Source: a virus
Taxonomy: Duplodnaviria > Caudoviricetes
DNA: 64,000 nucleotides
IMG/VR virus record: IMGVR_UViG_3300028580_000062
Span: 9,428-73,427 of that record
Strand: one strand, 5' to 3'
The notes below the pieces were generated by a model, which was given only the letters and a program-made list of their open reading frames with translations, made no database searches and had not been told where the DNA came from. Both the position numbers and the translations under genes were made by a program. Of the stretch, positions 55,256 through 64,000 are shown one piece after another. Positions within the stretch are counted from its first letter, which is position 1, and each line of letters opens with the position of its first letter.

Positions 55256-56357
55256 TTATTTTGCAATAAAGGATATCTTTGCCAGCACAGATAACATGGT
55301 CAAAATCCGCGATAACAATCCGAATGATGACAGTACGGATACTTTAACAGGAGTAGACTGGTTCCATTTCAATAACGTGGTTGCTTCAAATATCTATGTG
55401 AATGGTAACTCCTGGATAGGGATTGGTACCAATGCTGAACAGGTGAAAGTCTGCAGGCGTGATGCAAAGGTATATACAGTTAGTCGTGAAGAAGGAACAG
55501 TTTACAACTACTATAAATTTCTGCGGATTCGCTGGGAAGGTTATTCACAATATAACGTAACAACAGATGACGTAAAACTAGTCTGGGAACTGTTGCTATT
55601 AGATACCGGAGATATTGTGATCAATGTAATCACATATCCGACAAATACCTCTTACATTGGTGAATCCAGTCTTGTGGTCGGCTCGATAACGACAGCCTTT
55701 ACTCCGGTGACCGGAAAGTACATCACTTTTAAGCATCAAGATGCCACTGGAACTGCCTTTGTATTGAGCACTGACCTACCAGCGCTTCTTGATCCATATA
55801 ACCGAAGGTATCTGATCACCGATGCAGACAAGAGCCTATATACGGTTGTGGATGGTGCCTTGAGCAAGCTCACGGAAACAGAACTGACAGCAGCAGTGTT
55901 CGAGACACATGGAATACAAGAGATTCCGAATGGAAGCCTGCTGCTGACACTGACTGATCCAACGGTACTCTATTGGCATGATTCCTTGAATTCTTTTCCG
56001 CCATTTACGGCAAGCTATACTGGCTTGCCAAAGCCGCAGGTCATCTATTCGGAGAATATCGACATGACGGATGCGTCGATTATTGGCATTGAGAAAGTCA
56101 CGGTTGATGCAGATGATGCTGCCTTATTTGCAGTGTCGTTTGATAATGGGACAACTTGGTGGACGTATACCGACAATACCTGGTCACAATTATCGGAAGA
56201 AAAATCTGGCATGGCAAAAACAGCCCTGCAAGGAATCAGTACAGATGCATGGGCAGAGAAGGCTACAACGGGGATGATTAAATATCGGATCGTCATCAGT
56301 GGTGATTCTGGTTATGTCAAAACAATCACGACGGACTATCTGAATAAGGAGGAATAA
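55248..56357 (+). CDS. Minor tail/baseplate protein
   Basis: Coupled to neighbours; beta-rich. Confidence 0.6.
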   Translation: MADYFAIKDIFASTDNMVKIRDNNPNDDSTDTLTGVDWFHFNNVVASNIYVNGNSWIGIGTNAEQVKVCRRDAKVYTVSREEGTVYNYYKFLRIRWEGYSQYNVTTDDVKLVWELLLLDTGDIVINVITYPTNTSYIGESSLVVGSITTAFTPVTGKYITFKHQDATGTAFVLSTDLPALLDPYNRRYLITDADKSLYTVVDGALSKLTETELTAAVFETHGIQEIPNGSLLLTLTDPTVLYWHDSLNSFPPFTASYTGLPKPQVIYSENIDMTDASIIGIEKVTVDADDAALFAVSFDNGTTWWTYTDNTWSQLSEEKSGMAKTALQGISTDAWAEKATTGMIKYRIVISGDSGYVKTITTDYLNKEE

Positions 56358-56359
56358 GA

Positions 56360-57781
56360 ATGCTGAAAGGAAAAAGCGTTATTGAGCTTACCAATGTTCA
56401 TACTGGCGAGAAGGAAGTATATGAGGATACGAACCTTGTCACAGAAGCAATCGCTGATGTGCTGAACACTAATATACAAGGAATGATGTATGACAGTCCT
56501 TCCTTTGATGGAAAAAGTGGTGATGATTGGCTACTGCCAGTTTATGAAAGGCTTACTGGCGGTATTTTGTTATACCAGAATGCGATCACAGAAGATCCAA
56601 CCATTATCTATGCTCCACTTGATAATCCTTTAATAGGATATGCATCAAGTGATGCAAATAATACTGCTGATACAAAACGTGGCAGCAGGAACTTGACCGA
56701 AAGTAAGAAAGTGGATAACAGCTATAAGTATGTGTGGGATTTTGCCACATCACAAGCCAATGGAACGATCTCTTGTATTTGTTTGACCAATTCACTGGCA
56801 GGCAAGGGAACACAAGTAGATAGTAATTACTTCGTGATGCTCAGAGGTGACAATGTAAAAAACGGCATTTCCAATCCTGATCAGCATTCTTATCTGGATA
56901 ACCAGAGACCTTATATTGGTGATGGCTATCGCATGGAGATGATTTCTATCTACAATACGACTGCTGCAATTCTTCGTAAGATTCCTGAGGATTATATTCA
57001 TGCAAAACTGCTGCAGCGTACGTACTCTCTGATTGCCACAGATGCAGTCGAAGAGACATCGATTGAACTAAATCATTATCCTTACTGGGTCAGTTATTCG
57101 GGCGGAAGTAAGGATGGAACGAATGCACCTTACTATAACTATGATGGAGTTCTTACATATTTGTTCCATGGAGCTGATGGTAACTGGTATGGCATCAGTC
57201 GAAAGGATAACCAGAAGTATTCCAGCACCTCAAATGGAGTCGATTACTACAATCACACTACTTATGAGTGGTTCTTGGATACGATCAGTGCAGGCAAAGG
57301 AACGACTCAAAAGATTATCCTGCCAGCGAACACGCAGGAGGTAAGAACTGTCGGCATGAGCGGAAAGTGGCTGATGTTTGCAGTAGATAATTCAACTACG
57401 GTCTATCGCTTGGATACAACAAATGTGGCCAACATCGAAGTGGTGCCAGATGCGACTTATAACTATGACATTGACTATACATTCAGTGTTGATGATGACG
57501 TTGTAATCAATGGCTGGTATTACTTGAATGGAGAGCCAAAACTATATGTCCGGAATTTGCGAGGTGATGATGAGTCATCTTGGGGCAGAAAACATCTGTC
57601 GCGTTATAAGACTTATGCATACCAGGAATACTGCTGCCATTACAGCGGCTATTATTTTCATAAGGACTTATATTTGTATACTCCATACTTGGCGACCATT
57701 AACAATCTGGCTACACCAGTTATTAAGACGGCAGATAAGACCATGAAGATAACCTACACATTAACGGAAACTGCGGAATAA
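56360..57781 (+). CDS. Putative receptor-binding/tail protein
   Basis: Conserved N- and C-termini ([14 protein letters not shown]; LATINNL.TPVIKT..KTMKITY) around an aromatic-rich variable core. Confidence 0.6.
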   Translation: MLKGKSVIELTNVHTGEKEVYEDTNLVTEAIADVLNTNIQGMMYDSPSFDGKSGDDWLLPVYERLTGGILLYQNAITEDPTIIYAPLDNPLIGYASSDANNTADTKRGSRNLTESKKVDNSYKYVWDFATSQANGTISCICLTNSLAGKGTQVDSNYFVMLRGDNVKNGISNPDQHSYLDNQRPYIGDGYRMEMISIYNTTAAILRKIPEDYIHAKLLQRTYSLIATDAVEETSIELNHYPYWVSYSGGSKDGTNAPYYNYDGVLTYLFHGADGNWYGISRKDNQKYSSTSNGVDYYNHTTYEWFLDTISAGKGTTQKIILPANTQEVRTVGMSGKWLMFAVDNSTTVYRLDTTNVANIEVVPDATYNYDIDYTFSVDDDVVINGWYYLNGEPKLYVRNLRGDDESSWGRKHLSRYKTYAYQEYCCHYSGYYFHKDLYLYTPYLATINNLATPVIKTADKTMKITYTLTETAE

Positions 57782-57852
57782 ACTCAAACAATTCCTGTCT
57801 GATAGACAGCACATCATACATATTTTACATAGAGCTAAGGAGGCTCTTTTTT

Positions 57853-58839
57853 ATGGGTACAATGAACGGAATTGATATCTCCAACTGGCAGGCAGACTTA
57901 GATCTGTCTGCTATTTCTTTTGACTTTGTCATCATCAAAGCAACCGAAGGCATCGGCTATGTCAGCCCTAGCTGCGATAGGTTTTTCCAGAAAGCACTGA
58001 CAATGAATAAGCCGATTGGTTTCTATCACTTTGCACGTCCTATGAATGATGCAGTGGCAGAAGCCGACTTCTTTGTCGAGAACACCAAGAACTACTTTGG
58101 TCAGGCAGTGCCTGTCCTTGACTGGGAAGCAGAAAACAAGTGGGATGTAGCTTGGGCCCTGCGTTGGTTAAATGAAGTACAGCGGTTAACAGGGGTGAAA
58201 CCAGTTATCTACATGTCCGAATCAGTCGTAAATTCTTATGATTGGTCTCCAGTTGTGAATGCAGACTATGGTCTTTGGGTAGCCAAGTATCTCGACTACG
58301 TTCCAGATGCCAACTATGACATGTCCAATGCCGGCAATACACCAGATGTATCTTACTGGCCATTCTATTGCATGTGGCAGTGGACCAGTGTTGGTCGTCT
58401 TGACGGCTACGGTGGAAATCTGGACTGCAATGTGTTCTACGGGGACAGGCTCACCTGGGATAAATATGGAGGAATTGCAGACACACCAGTACTGCCTGCC
58501 TCTGCTGCTGACCCAGCTCCAGTGGTTGAGCCAAAACCAACAGAGGATAAGATTGCACAGTATATTGCCGAGGGCTCACATGGATGGGCGGGTGTCTATG
58601 GTGAAGAGAGATGGACAAAGCTGGCCACTCTTGGCTATGATGCGGCATCTGTACAGCACAAAGTCAACTGTATCATGGGTGCTTCTACACCTGTAGCTGA
58701 ATACTACACCGTGCAGTCTGGTGACACTTTGTCTGGAATTGCGGCAGCCTATGGTACTACTTGGCAGAAGTTACAGAGCATCAATGGAATCGAAAATGCG
58801 AATCTGATCTATCCAGGTCAGTCTATTCGCGTCAAATAA
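57853..58839 (+). CDS. Endolysin: GH25 muramidase + CW_7-like repeat + LysM
   Basis: [27 protein letters not shown]; [13 protein letters not shown]...NLIYPGQ. Confidence 0.95.
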   Translation: MGTMNGIDISNWQADLDLSAISFDFVIIKATEGIGYVSPSCDRFFQKALTMNKPIGFYHFARPMNDAVAEADFFVENTKNYFGQAVPVLDWEAENKWDVAWALRWLNEVQRLTGVKPVIYMSESVVNSYDWSPVVNADYGLWVAKYLDYVPDANYDMSNAGNTPDVSYWPFYCMWQWTSVGRLDGYGGNLDCNVFYGDRLTWDKYGGIADTPVLPASAADPAPVVEPKPTEDKIAQYIAEGSHGWAGVYGEERWTKLATLGYDAASVQHKVNCIMGASTPVAEYYTVQSGDTLSGIAAAYGTTWQKLQSINGIENANLIYPGQSIRVK

Positions 58840-58848
58840 GGAGGAAAT

Positions 58849-59145
58849 ATGGTCGATACATTACAAGCATACATGGTGGCAGCAATTGCCATCGAGGGTC
58901 TGGTCTCCTGGGGTCAGACCTTATTTGTGGATAAGAAGTTCCAGTGGCAGATTATTGTGTCTCTTGGTCTCAGCTTCTTGCTGGTTCTTGATCTGCAGTT
59001 GAATCTGTTCACGATCTTGTCCATCAATGAGAACTTCCCATGGGTAGGTATCTGTTTAACGGCAGTCGCCATTAGCCGTGGTACCAATTACTTCTATGAG
59101 CTCTACAGTAGATTGATCAACTGGAAAGAGAACAAACCAGAATGA
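58849..59145 (+). CDS. Holin-like membrane protein
   Basis: 98 aa with 2-3 TM segments, SRGTNY motif. Confidence 0.75.
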   Translation: MVDTLQAYMVAAIAIEGLVSWGQTLFVDKKFQWQIIVSLGLSFLLVLDLQLNLFTILSINENFPWVGICLTAVAISRGTNYFYELYSRLINWKENKPE

Positions 59146-59474
59146 GCTGGTTCAATCCTTTCTTTACAGCCATTCTATCTGGTCTAGCCGGATGGCTGAT
59201 TGCAGACCTCAGGGCAGTATCAAGAAAGTACAGAGAAACCCAGCAAAAAAACACAACAGAAGCGGATGCCATTCGTGATGGCGTCCGCTGTCTGCTTCAT
59301 AGTAAGTTGTTCGATTTCTATGCGGAGTACAAGGATGCACCAACCTTGCCGACGCAGACATGGAAAGAGATCGACAGAGTATATGAAGCCTACCATGCCT
59401 TAGATGGCAATGGTACTGGATCACGTATCTATGAGGCACTCAAAACAAAACCACTAGAACCAGAAGATAAATGA
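59142..59474 (+). CDS. Holin-associated protein with N-terminal TM
   Basis: AIRDGVRCLL...YEAYHALDGNGTG. Confidence 0.7.
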   Translation: MSWFNPFFTAILSGLAGWLIADLRAVSRKYRETQQKNTTEADAIRDGVRCLLHSKLFDFYAEYKDAPTLPTQTWKEIDRVYEAYHALDGNGTGSRIYEALKTKPLEPEDK

Positions 59475-59513
59475 GGCAACTGAGTCATCGTGACTTGGCT
59501 GCCTCTCTTTTTT
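59473..59513 (+). terminator. Terminator after the lysis module
   Basis: GAGGCA..GAGTCA-TCG-TGACTT..TGCCTC plus T-tract. Confidence 0.7.
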
Positions 59514-59700
59514 ATTGTTTGGAGTTTACAATTACCTCGAGATCATCACATACATGGTCAAGCTGTAACCAGATAGCACGAAATGATGAACTTAGCTCTT
59601 CATGTGTGTAATTCATCCCTTCGGAGTTGGACATGGCAATTATCCGTGTTAAATCAGTGATACCTTTCAAATCGTTATAGACATCTTCTGTACATTTCAT
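59512..59700 (-). CDS. Small hypothetical protein
   Basis: ATGA-coupled to the 59697..59909 ORF. Confidence 0.5.
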   Translation of the reverse strand: MKCTEDVYNDLKGITDLTRIIAMSNSEGMNYTHEELSSSFRAIWLQLDHVCDDLEVIVNSKQ

Positions 59701-59909
59701 AAAGACTCCTGGTCCTGGGGTAAGGCATTAAAGATTTCTTCTGGCGACAAGCCCATATCAAATAACATGTTTGTCAGGGTCCGCATTCTGAAACAGGTCT
59801 GGATTGCCGTAATAGGCTCCTCTCCAGCCAGAATGACTTTGATGACAGTAAATACTGCCATGGTGATGCTAACGTGGTTTGATTTCATGATCAAATCCTC
59901 CTTCATCAC
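59697..59909 (-). CDS. Small hypothetical protein
   Basis: GGAGGA RBS near the start. Confidence 0.45.
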   Translation of the reverse strand: MMKEDLIMKSNHVSITMAVFTVIKVILAGEEPITAIQTCFRMRTLTNMLFDMGLSPEEIFNALPQDQESL

Positions 59910-60010
59910 CTATATACGTAGGATTTTCTTGTTTTTCCTAAAATGTATAAATTTTTTTATAGATGGCAACTAAGCTGAATTTCACTTGGTTGTCTTTTTT
60001 TATGGCTTCA

Positions 60011-60042
60011 TTGCTCAGTTGGTGGGCAAATGTCCTGTGTGT
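60011..60042 (+). promoter_or_regulatory. Repeated promoter-like motif copy 3
   Basis: TTGCTCA-N13-TGTCCTGTGTGT ahead of the SHOCT/recombinase module. Confidence 0.7.
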
Positions 60043-60058
60043 TATGGAGGATACCGCC

Positions 60059-60277
60059 ATGAATGAAGATAGAAAAGTAATCCCGGCTAAAGAAGTCAGC
60101 CCTGATATACACGAAGTAACAAATGAGGATCTCGAGAAAGAGTATGCCTATGCACTTGCGACAAAGTTGATCAAAGGCCTGCTGGATGCCGGCATTATTA
60201 CCCAGGATGAATATGCAAAAATAGACACAAAAAACCGTGAATCTTTTCCTTCATTTTTTGCACAATTAATGCCCTGA
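60059..60277 (+). CDS. SHOCT-like small protein preceding the recombinases
   Basis: LLDAGIITQDEYAKI; GGAGG RBS. Confidence 0.75.
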   Translation: MNEDRKVIPAKEVSPDIHEVTNEDLEKEYAYALATKLIKGLLDAGIITQDEYAKIDTKNRESFPSFFAQLMP

Positions 60278-60338
60278 AATCGTTGATAATACTACACTTC
60301 AGAGCGAATATGTCACCTGACGAAAGGGGGATGAGACC

Positions 60339-61904
60339 ATGACAACGATAACCAAAATTGAACCAATGAAGAAAGATCCTGAACAAAAACAGCGCGTTGC
60401 TGCATACTGCAGGGTTTCCACAAATAAAGATGACCAGTTGGAAAGCTTGGATGCTCAAAAGAAACATTACGAGCAAGTGATAAAGAGTAATGATCATTGG
60501 GCATTCGCAGGAGTTTACTGCGATGAAGGCCTTTCTGCGATAAAAATGAAGACACGTCCTGATTTGATGAGAATGCTGGATGACTGCAAACAAGGAAAAA
60601 TCGATCTTGTTCTAATAAAAAGTATTTCCCGGTTAAGTAGAAATGTGACAGATTATCTTTCTATTGTCAGAGACCTAAATTCAAGAGACATCGGTATTTT
60701 CTTTGAACGAGAGAATATCAATACGCTTAAAGAAAATGATGAGTTCATGATGTCAGTGCTTAGCAGCCTAGCAGAAAGTGAATTGGTTTCAATTTCCGGG
60801 AATGAAAAATGGGGCATCAAACGTCGATTCATGAACGGAAGCTATAAACAAAGCATTGCTCCCTATGGATACGTAATGAAAGATGGAGAGTTAGTCATCG
60901 ATGAAGATACAGCACCAGTGGTCCGGTTCATTTTCAATGAAGCCTGCTTGGGAAAAGGAATACGACATATCACAAGAGAACTCAATGTTAAGAAAATACC
61001 ATCCAGGCAAACGGATCATTGGAGTGAAACAACCGTAAAATGGATGCTAAAGAATGAACGCTATATTGGTGAGGTACTCTACCAGAAGACTTTCACAGAT
61101 GACAACTTCAAGCGTCACAACAATCGAGGGTATCGTGACCAGTATTTACTCAACGATCATCACGCAGCGATCGTTACCAGAGAACAGTTTGAAAGAACAC
61201 AAGAACTGATTGCACTTCATAGGAAAGAAAAGGGTATTGATTCAGAACATATCAATTACCAGGAAAGATATACCTTTACTGGAAAACTGATTTGTGAGCA
61301 GTGTGGATCACGTTTAAAACGAAAAAGCATCACTGGACGAAATAGAAAGAAATGTGTTATTTGGATCTGCGTTACACACTTAAACAATATAAAAAAGTGC
61401 TCAATGAAGGGTATCTCTGAGGAAGCAATTAAAAGTGCTTTCACGACAGTAGTGAACAAGCTGATTTTCAGTAAGAATGATCTTTTGATTCCTTTTGTAA
61501 AAGCGGAACGCGAGTGTGATGGTGATGGAACTCAACGGATCGTTGAAAGGATTGATCAAAAACTCGATGACAATTCTGTTAAGGCTCAGAAACTGGCAAC
61601 CCTTGTGGCCGATGACCTCTTGGAGCCAGTGAACTATCAGAAGGCTTTGAATGAGTTGTCTGCGGAATGTAATGAGTTAAATGGAAAGAAAAAAATCCTT
61701 CTGAATCAGCTCCAAAATAAGAACCTTGCGATCTCCGAAGGTAGCGAGTTGCTAAAAAGAATCCGGCAAAAGGAAGTGACTGATGAGTTTGATGATGAAC
61801 TATTCACAGAGTGCATCAAAGTTGTACACATTTATTCCAGAGATGAATTTGGCTTTGAGTTCACTTGCGGATTGACCTTCAGAGAGGGGGTGAGTTTGAA
61901 ATGA
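60339..61904 (+). CDS. Large serine recombinase 1
   Basis: AAYCRVST catalytic Ser, KSISRLSRN, CEQCG zinc ribbon, coiled coil. Confidence 0.95.
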   Translation: MTTITKIEPMKKDPEQKQRVAAYCRVSTNKDDQLESLDAQKKHYEQVIKSNDHWAFAGVYCDEGLSAIKMKTRPDLMRMLDDCKQGKIDLVLIKSISRLSRNVTDYLSIVRDLNSRDIGIFFERENINTLKENDEFMMSVLSSLAESELVSISGNEKWGIKRRFMNGSYKQSIAPYGYVMKDGELVIDEDTAPVVRFIFNEACLGKGIRHITRELNVKKIPSRQTDHWSETTVKWMLKNERYIGEVLYQKTFTDDNFKRHNNRGYRDQYLLNDHHAAIVTREQFERTQELIALHRKEKGIDSEHINYQERYTFTGKLICEQCGSRLKRKSITGRNRKKCVIWICVTHLNNIKKCSMKGISEEAIKSAFTTVVNKLIFSKNDLLIPFVKAERECDGDGTQRIVERIDQKLDDNSVKAQKLATLVADDLLEPVNYQKALNELSAECNELNGKKKILLNQLQNKNLAISEGSELLKRIRQKEVTDEFDDELFTECIKVVHIYSRDEFGFEFTCGLTFREGVSLK

Positions 61905-62308
61905 GAATAATACCATATGGATATCGAATTGAGAATGGATTGGCAGTTGCAGATGAAAATGAATCAAAAGCCCTGCAAAAGGCATTTGAATTCTATATAA
62001 ACGGTGATTCATTGCAGGCAATTGCAAACAAGCTTGGTATTAATCGATATCCTAGCGGGATGTTGAATTTGCTGGTGGACAAGCGTTACCTGGGCACAGA
62101 TTTCTATCCCTCTCTTATTAGTAAAGAGCTCTTTGATCAAGTTCAGATGGCACACCAAAACCGTATGCATCAGCATAAACGCCCGGGATTGTCGGTAAAA
62201 CTGGCAAAAGTTTATACCGACTTTGAAATGGAACCTATCGTGCAGCATTTGGACGATCCATATGCACAGGCACAATACGTTTATACATTGATAAAAACGA
62301 AGGAGTGA
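61901..62308 (+). CDS. Small recombinase-domain protein (no catalytic domain)
   Basis: IPYGYRIENG...YLGTDFYPSLISKELFDQVQ; ATGA overlap. Confidence 0.85.
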   Translation: MRIIPYGYRIENGLAVADENESKALQKAFEFYINGDSLQAIANKLGINRYPSGMLNLLVDKRYLGTDFYPSLISKELFDQVQMAHQNRMHQHKRPGLSVKLAKVYTDFEMEPIVQHLDDPYAQAQYVYTLIKTKE

Positions 62309-62314
62309 TGAGTT

Positions 62315-63874
62315 ATGGAAATGAGAAAGAATGTAATGGTTATCCCGGCGGTTAAAAAGTTTGGGAACACAGTCACCAAGGAGGAAGTCAAAAAGCTTAG
62401 CGTGGCAGCCTATTGCCGGGTATCGACTGATACGGAAGAACAAGCGACCAGCTATGATACCCAGGTAGCCCATTACAAAGAGTATATTTCGAAGAACCCA
62501 GCATGGAAGTTTGCCGGCATCTACGCAGATGATGGCATCTCGGGCACTGGGACAAAGAAAAGAGAAGAGTTCCTTCGAATGATCGATGACTGTATGGCCG
62601 GTAAGATTGACATGGTTATTACCAAGAGTATCAGCCGGTTTGCCAGAAATACGATTGATTGTCTGAAATATATCCGGCAGCTCAAAGAAAAGAACATCCC
62701 GGTTATATTCGAGAAGGAAAACATCAATACTTTGGATGCCAAGGGAGAAGTTCTGATCACAATCATGGCTTCCCTTGCACAGCAGGAAAGTGAGTCACTT
62801 TCAAAGAACGTGAAGCTGGGGCTTCAGTTCCGCTACCAGCAGGGCAAAGTTCAGATCAACACAAAGTGGTTCCTTGGGTATACGAAAGACGAGAAGGGAA
62901 ATCTGGTCATAGATCCAGAACAGGCAAAGGTTGTTAAAAGAATCTACAGGGAATACCTGGAAGGTAAAAGCTGTGCTGCAATTGCCAAAGGGCTGCAGAA
63001 GGATGAAATTCCAAATGGCTCAGGTAAAAAGAGATGGTGGGATTCCAATATCAGGCAGATTCTCATGAATGAAAAATACATGGGTGACGCCCTGCTACAG
63101 AAAACTTATTCAACCGATGTTTTGTCAAAAAAACGGATCAAAAACGAAGGAGCGGTTCCACAGTATTATGTAGAAAACAATCATGAAGCCATCATCTCAA
63201 AAGAAATTTATCATGCGGTCCAAGCGGAAAATAAAAGAAGAAACAATTTGATAGATGAGCAAAATATTCATGCAGGGTACTGCGGCAAATATGCATTGAC
63301 TGGCGTGTTGGTCTGTGGTGAATGTGGTGCACCGTATCGTAGAATTGTATGGAGCAAAAAAGGGCGGAAGGTGTCAGTTTGGAGATGTAGGACCAGGGTG
63401 CAGAAAGGCGGCAACGCTTGTCTATCACCAACAATCTATGAAGAAGACCTGCATGCTGCCATCGTTAAAGCAATCAAGGAGACATTTGGCTCACAGAACC
63501 AGATGATGAATAAGTTGCAACAAAATATCAATGATGCCATAGGGGACGATCTAGAGACGTGTGATTCAAAGCTGAAGGAATTACAGGATCAGCTGGTAAA
63601 GTGCGTCAATACAGGCAAGAACTACGAAAATCTGGCCGAAGAAATCAGAAGGCTTAAGGGGACCAAAGATAAGACGCTTGGTCAGAAGGCTGCTCAGGAT
63701 GAGCATGTAAAGCGAGTCAAAGAAATACAGCAATTCATGGCAGAGCATATCAATGATGATCTTGAGTATGATGATTCCCTGGTTCGAAAGCTGATACATC
63801 GCGTGGAAGTCAACAGTCACAACATTGTAGTGGAGTTCAAAACTGGTCTTGAAATCGAAGAAAACATTAGATAA
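62315..63874 (+). CDS. Large serine recombinase 2
   Basis: [23 protein letters not shown] zinc ribbon. Confidence 0.95.
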   Translation: MEMRKNVMVIPAVKKFGNTVTKEEVKKLSVAAYCRVSTDTEEQATSYDTQVAHYKEYISKNPAWKFAGIYADDGISGTGTKKREEFLRMIDDCMAGKIDMVITKSISRFARNTIDCLKYIRQLKEKNIPVIFEKENINTLDAKGEVLITIMASLAQQESESLSKNVKLGLQFRYQQGKVQINTKWFLGYTKDEKGNLVIDPEQAKVVKRIYREYLEGKSCAAIAKGLQKDEIPNGSGKKRWWDSNIRQILMNEKYMGDALLQKTYSTDVLSKKRIKNEGAVPQYYVENNHEAIISKEIYHAVQAENKRRNNLIDEQNIHAGYCGKYALTGVLVCGECGAPYRRIVWSKKGRKVSVWRCRTRVQKGGNACLSPTIYEEDLHAAIVKAIKETFGSQNQMMNKLQQNINDAIGDDLETCDSKLKELQDQLVKCVNTGKNYENLAEEIRRLKGTKDKTLGQKAAQDEHVKRVKEIQQFMAEHINDDLEYDDSLVRKLIHRVEVNSHNIVVEFKTGLEIEENIR

Positions 63875-63879
63875 TTTGA

Positions 63880-64000
63880 GGCTTCATCAGGAAGTGTGGG
63901 CAGGAATGAGTCTTTGATATGGCAGCAGGACAGAGATATCTGAACATCTCAACATGACCATATCAAGTAAGTTGTCTATGTTTCTGAAACCGTATGCCAA
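63880..64000 (-). mobile_element. Right end of an ISL3-family IS (3' end of transposase, continues beyond the window)
   Basis: Minus strand reads LAYGFRNIDNLLDMVMLRCSDI..LP...* (stop at 63887); terminus GGCTTC at 63880. Confidence 0.75.

Larger units (their letters stand above)
15400..63879 (+). mobile_element. Temperate siphophage prophage (phi-m46.1/phi-SsUD.1-like order, triple serine recombinase); left boundary uncertain, attR not in view
   Basis: Complete regulation-replication-packaging-head-tail-lysis-recombinase gene order. Confidence 0.85.

Noticed and set aside
52985-57781. Diversity-generating retroelement or retron linked to tail genes
   Set aside because: No reverse transcriptase and no TR/VR repeat pair found

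Overview
Low-GC Gram-positive (Bacillota) chromosomal window with two parts. (1) 1 to ~15.3 kb is a decaying defence island. It holds a type 3 BREX-like operon (DUF6079 brxC, pglXI, brxHII, pglZ, brxA) with three separate lesions: brxC is split by a promoter-bearing ClC-channel cassette flanked by a TC dinucleotide, pglXI is frameshifted by a 5-bp duplication, and brxHII lacks its helicase core. After it come rhuM, a cluster of rlmD/rumA-3'-end-like att scars, a DUF3883 nuclease, an IS3-like remnant, an orphan ParA ATPase and a broken large serine recombinase. (2) ~15.4 to 63.9 kb is a near-complete temperate siphophage with a gene order resembling phi-m46.1/phi-SsUD.1: two sigma-like paralogs, an ImmA-HTH protein, an MTase+HNH pair, a PolA/SSB/VirE/SNF2 replication module, HK97-type head, tail, lysis genes and a triple serine-recombinase module, followed by the end of an ISL3. 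The most striking items are a 309-aa PolA intein whose HNH homing endonuclease is a separate gene overprinted in the +1 frame with its own Shine-Dalgarno, a 6.6 x 46-bp degenerate repeat array between two copies of the late-promoter region, a triplicated origin-like element, and a TTGCTCA-N13-TGTCCTGTGTGT motif found three times that links replication and excision genes. Family names come from motif recognition only; no searches were run.
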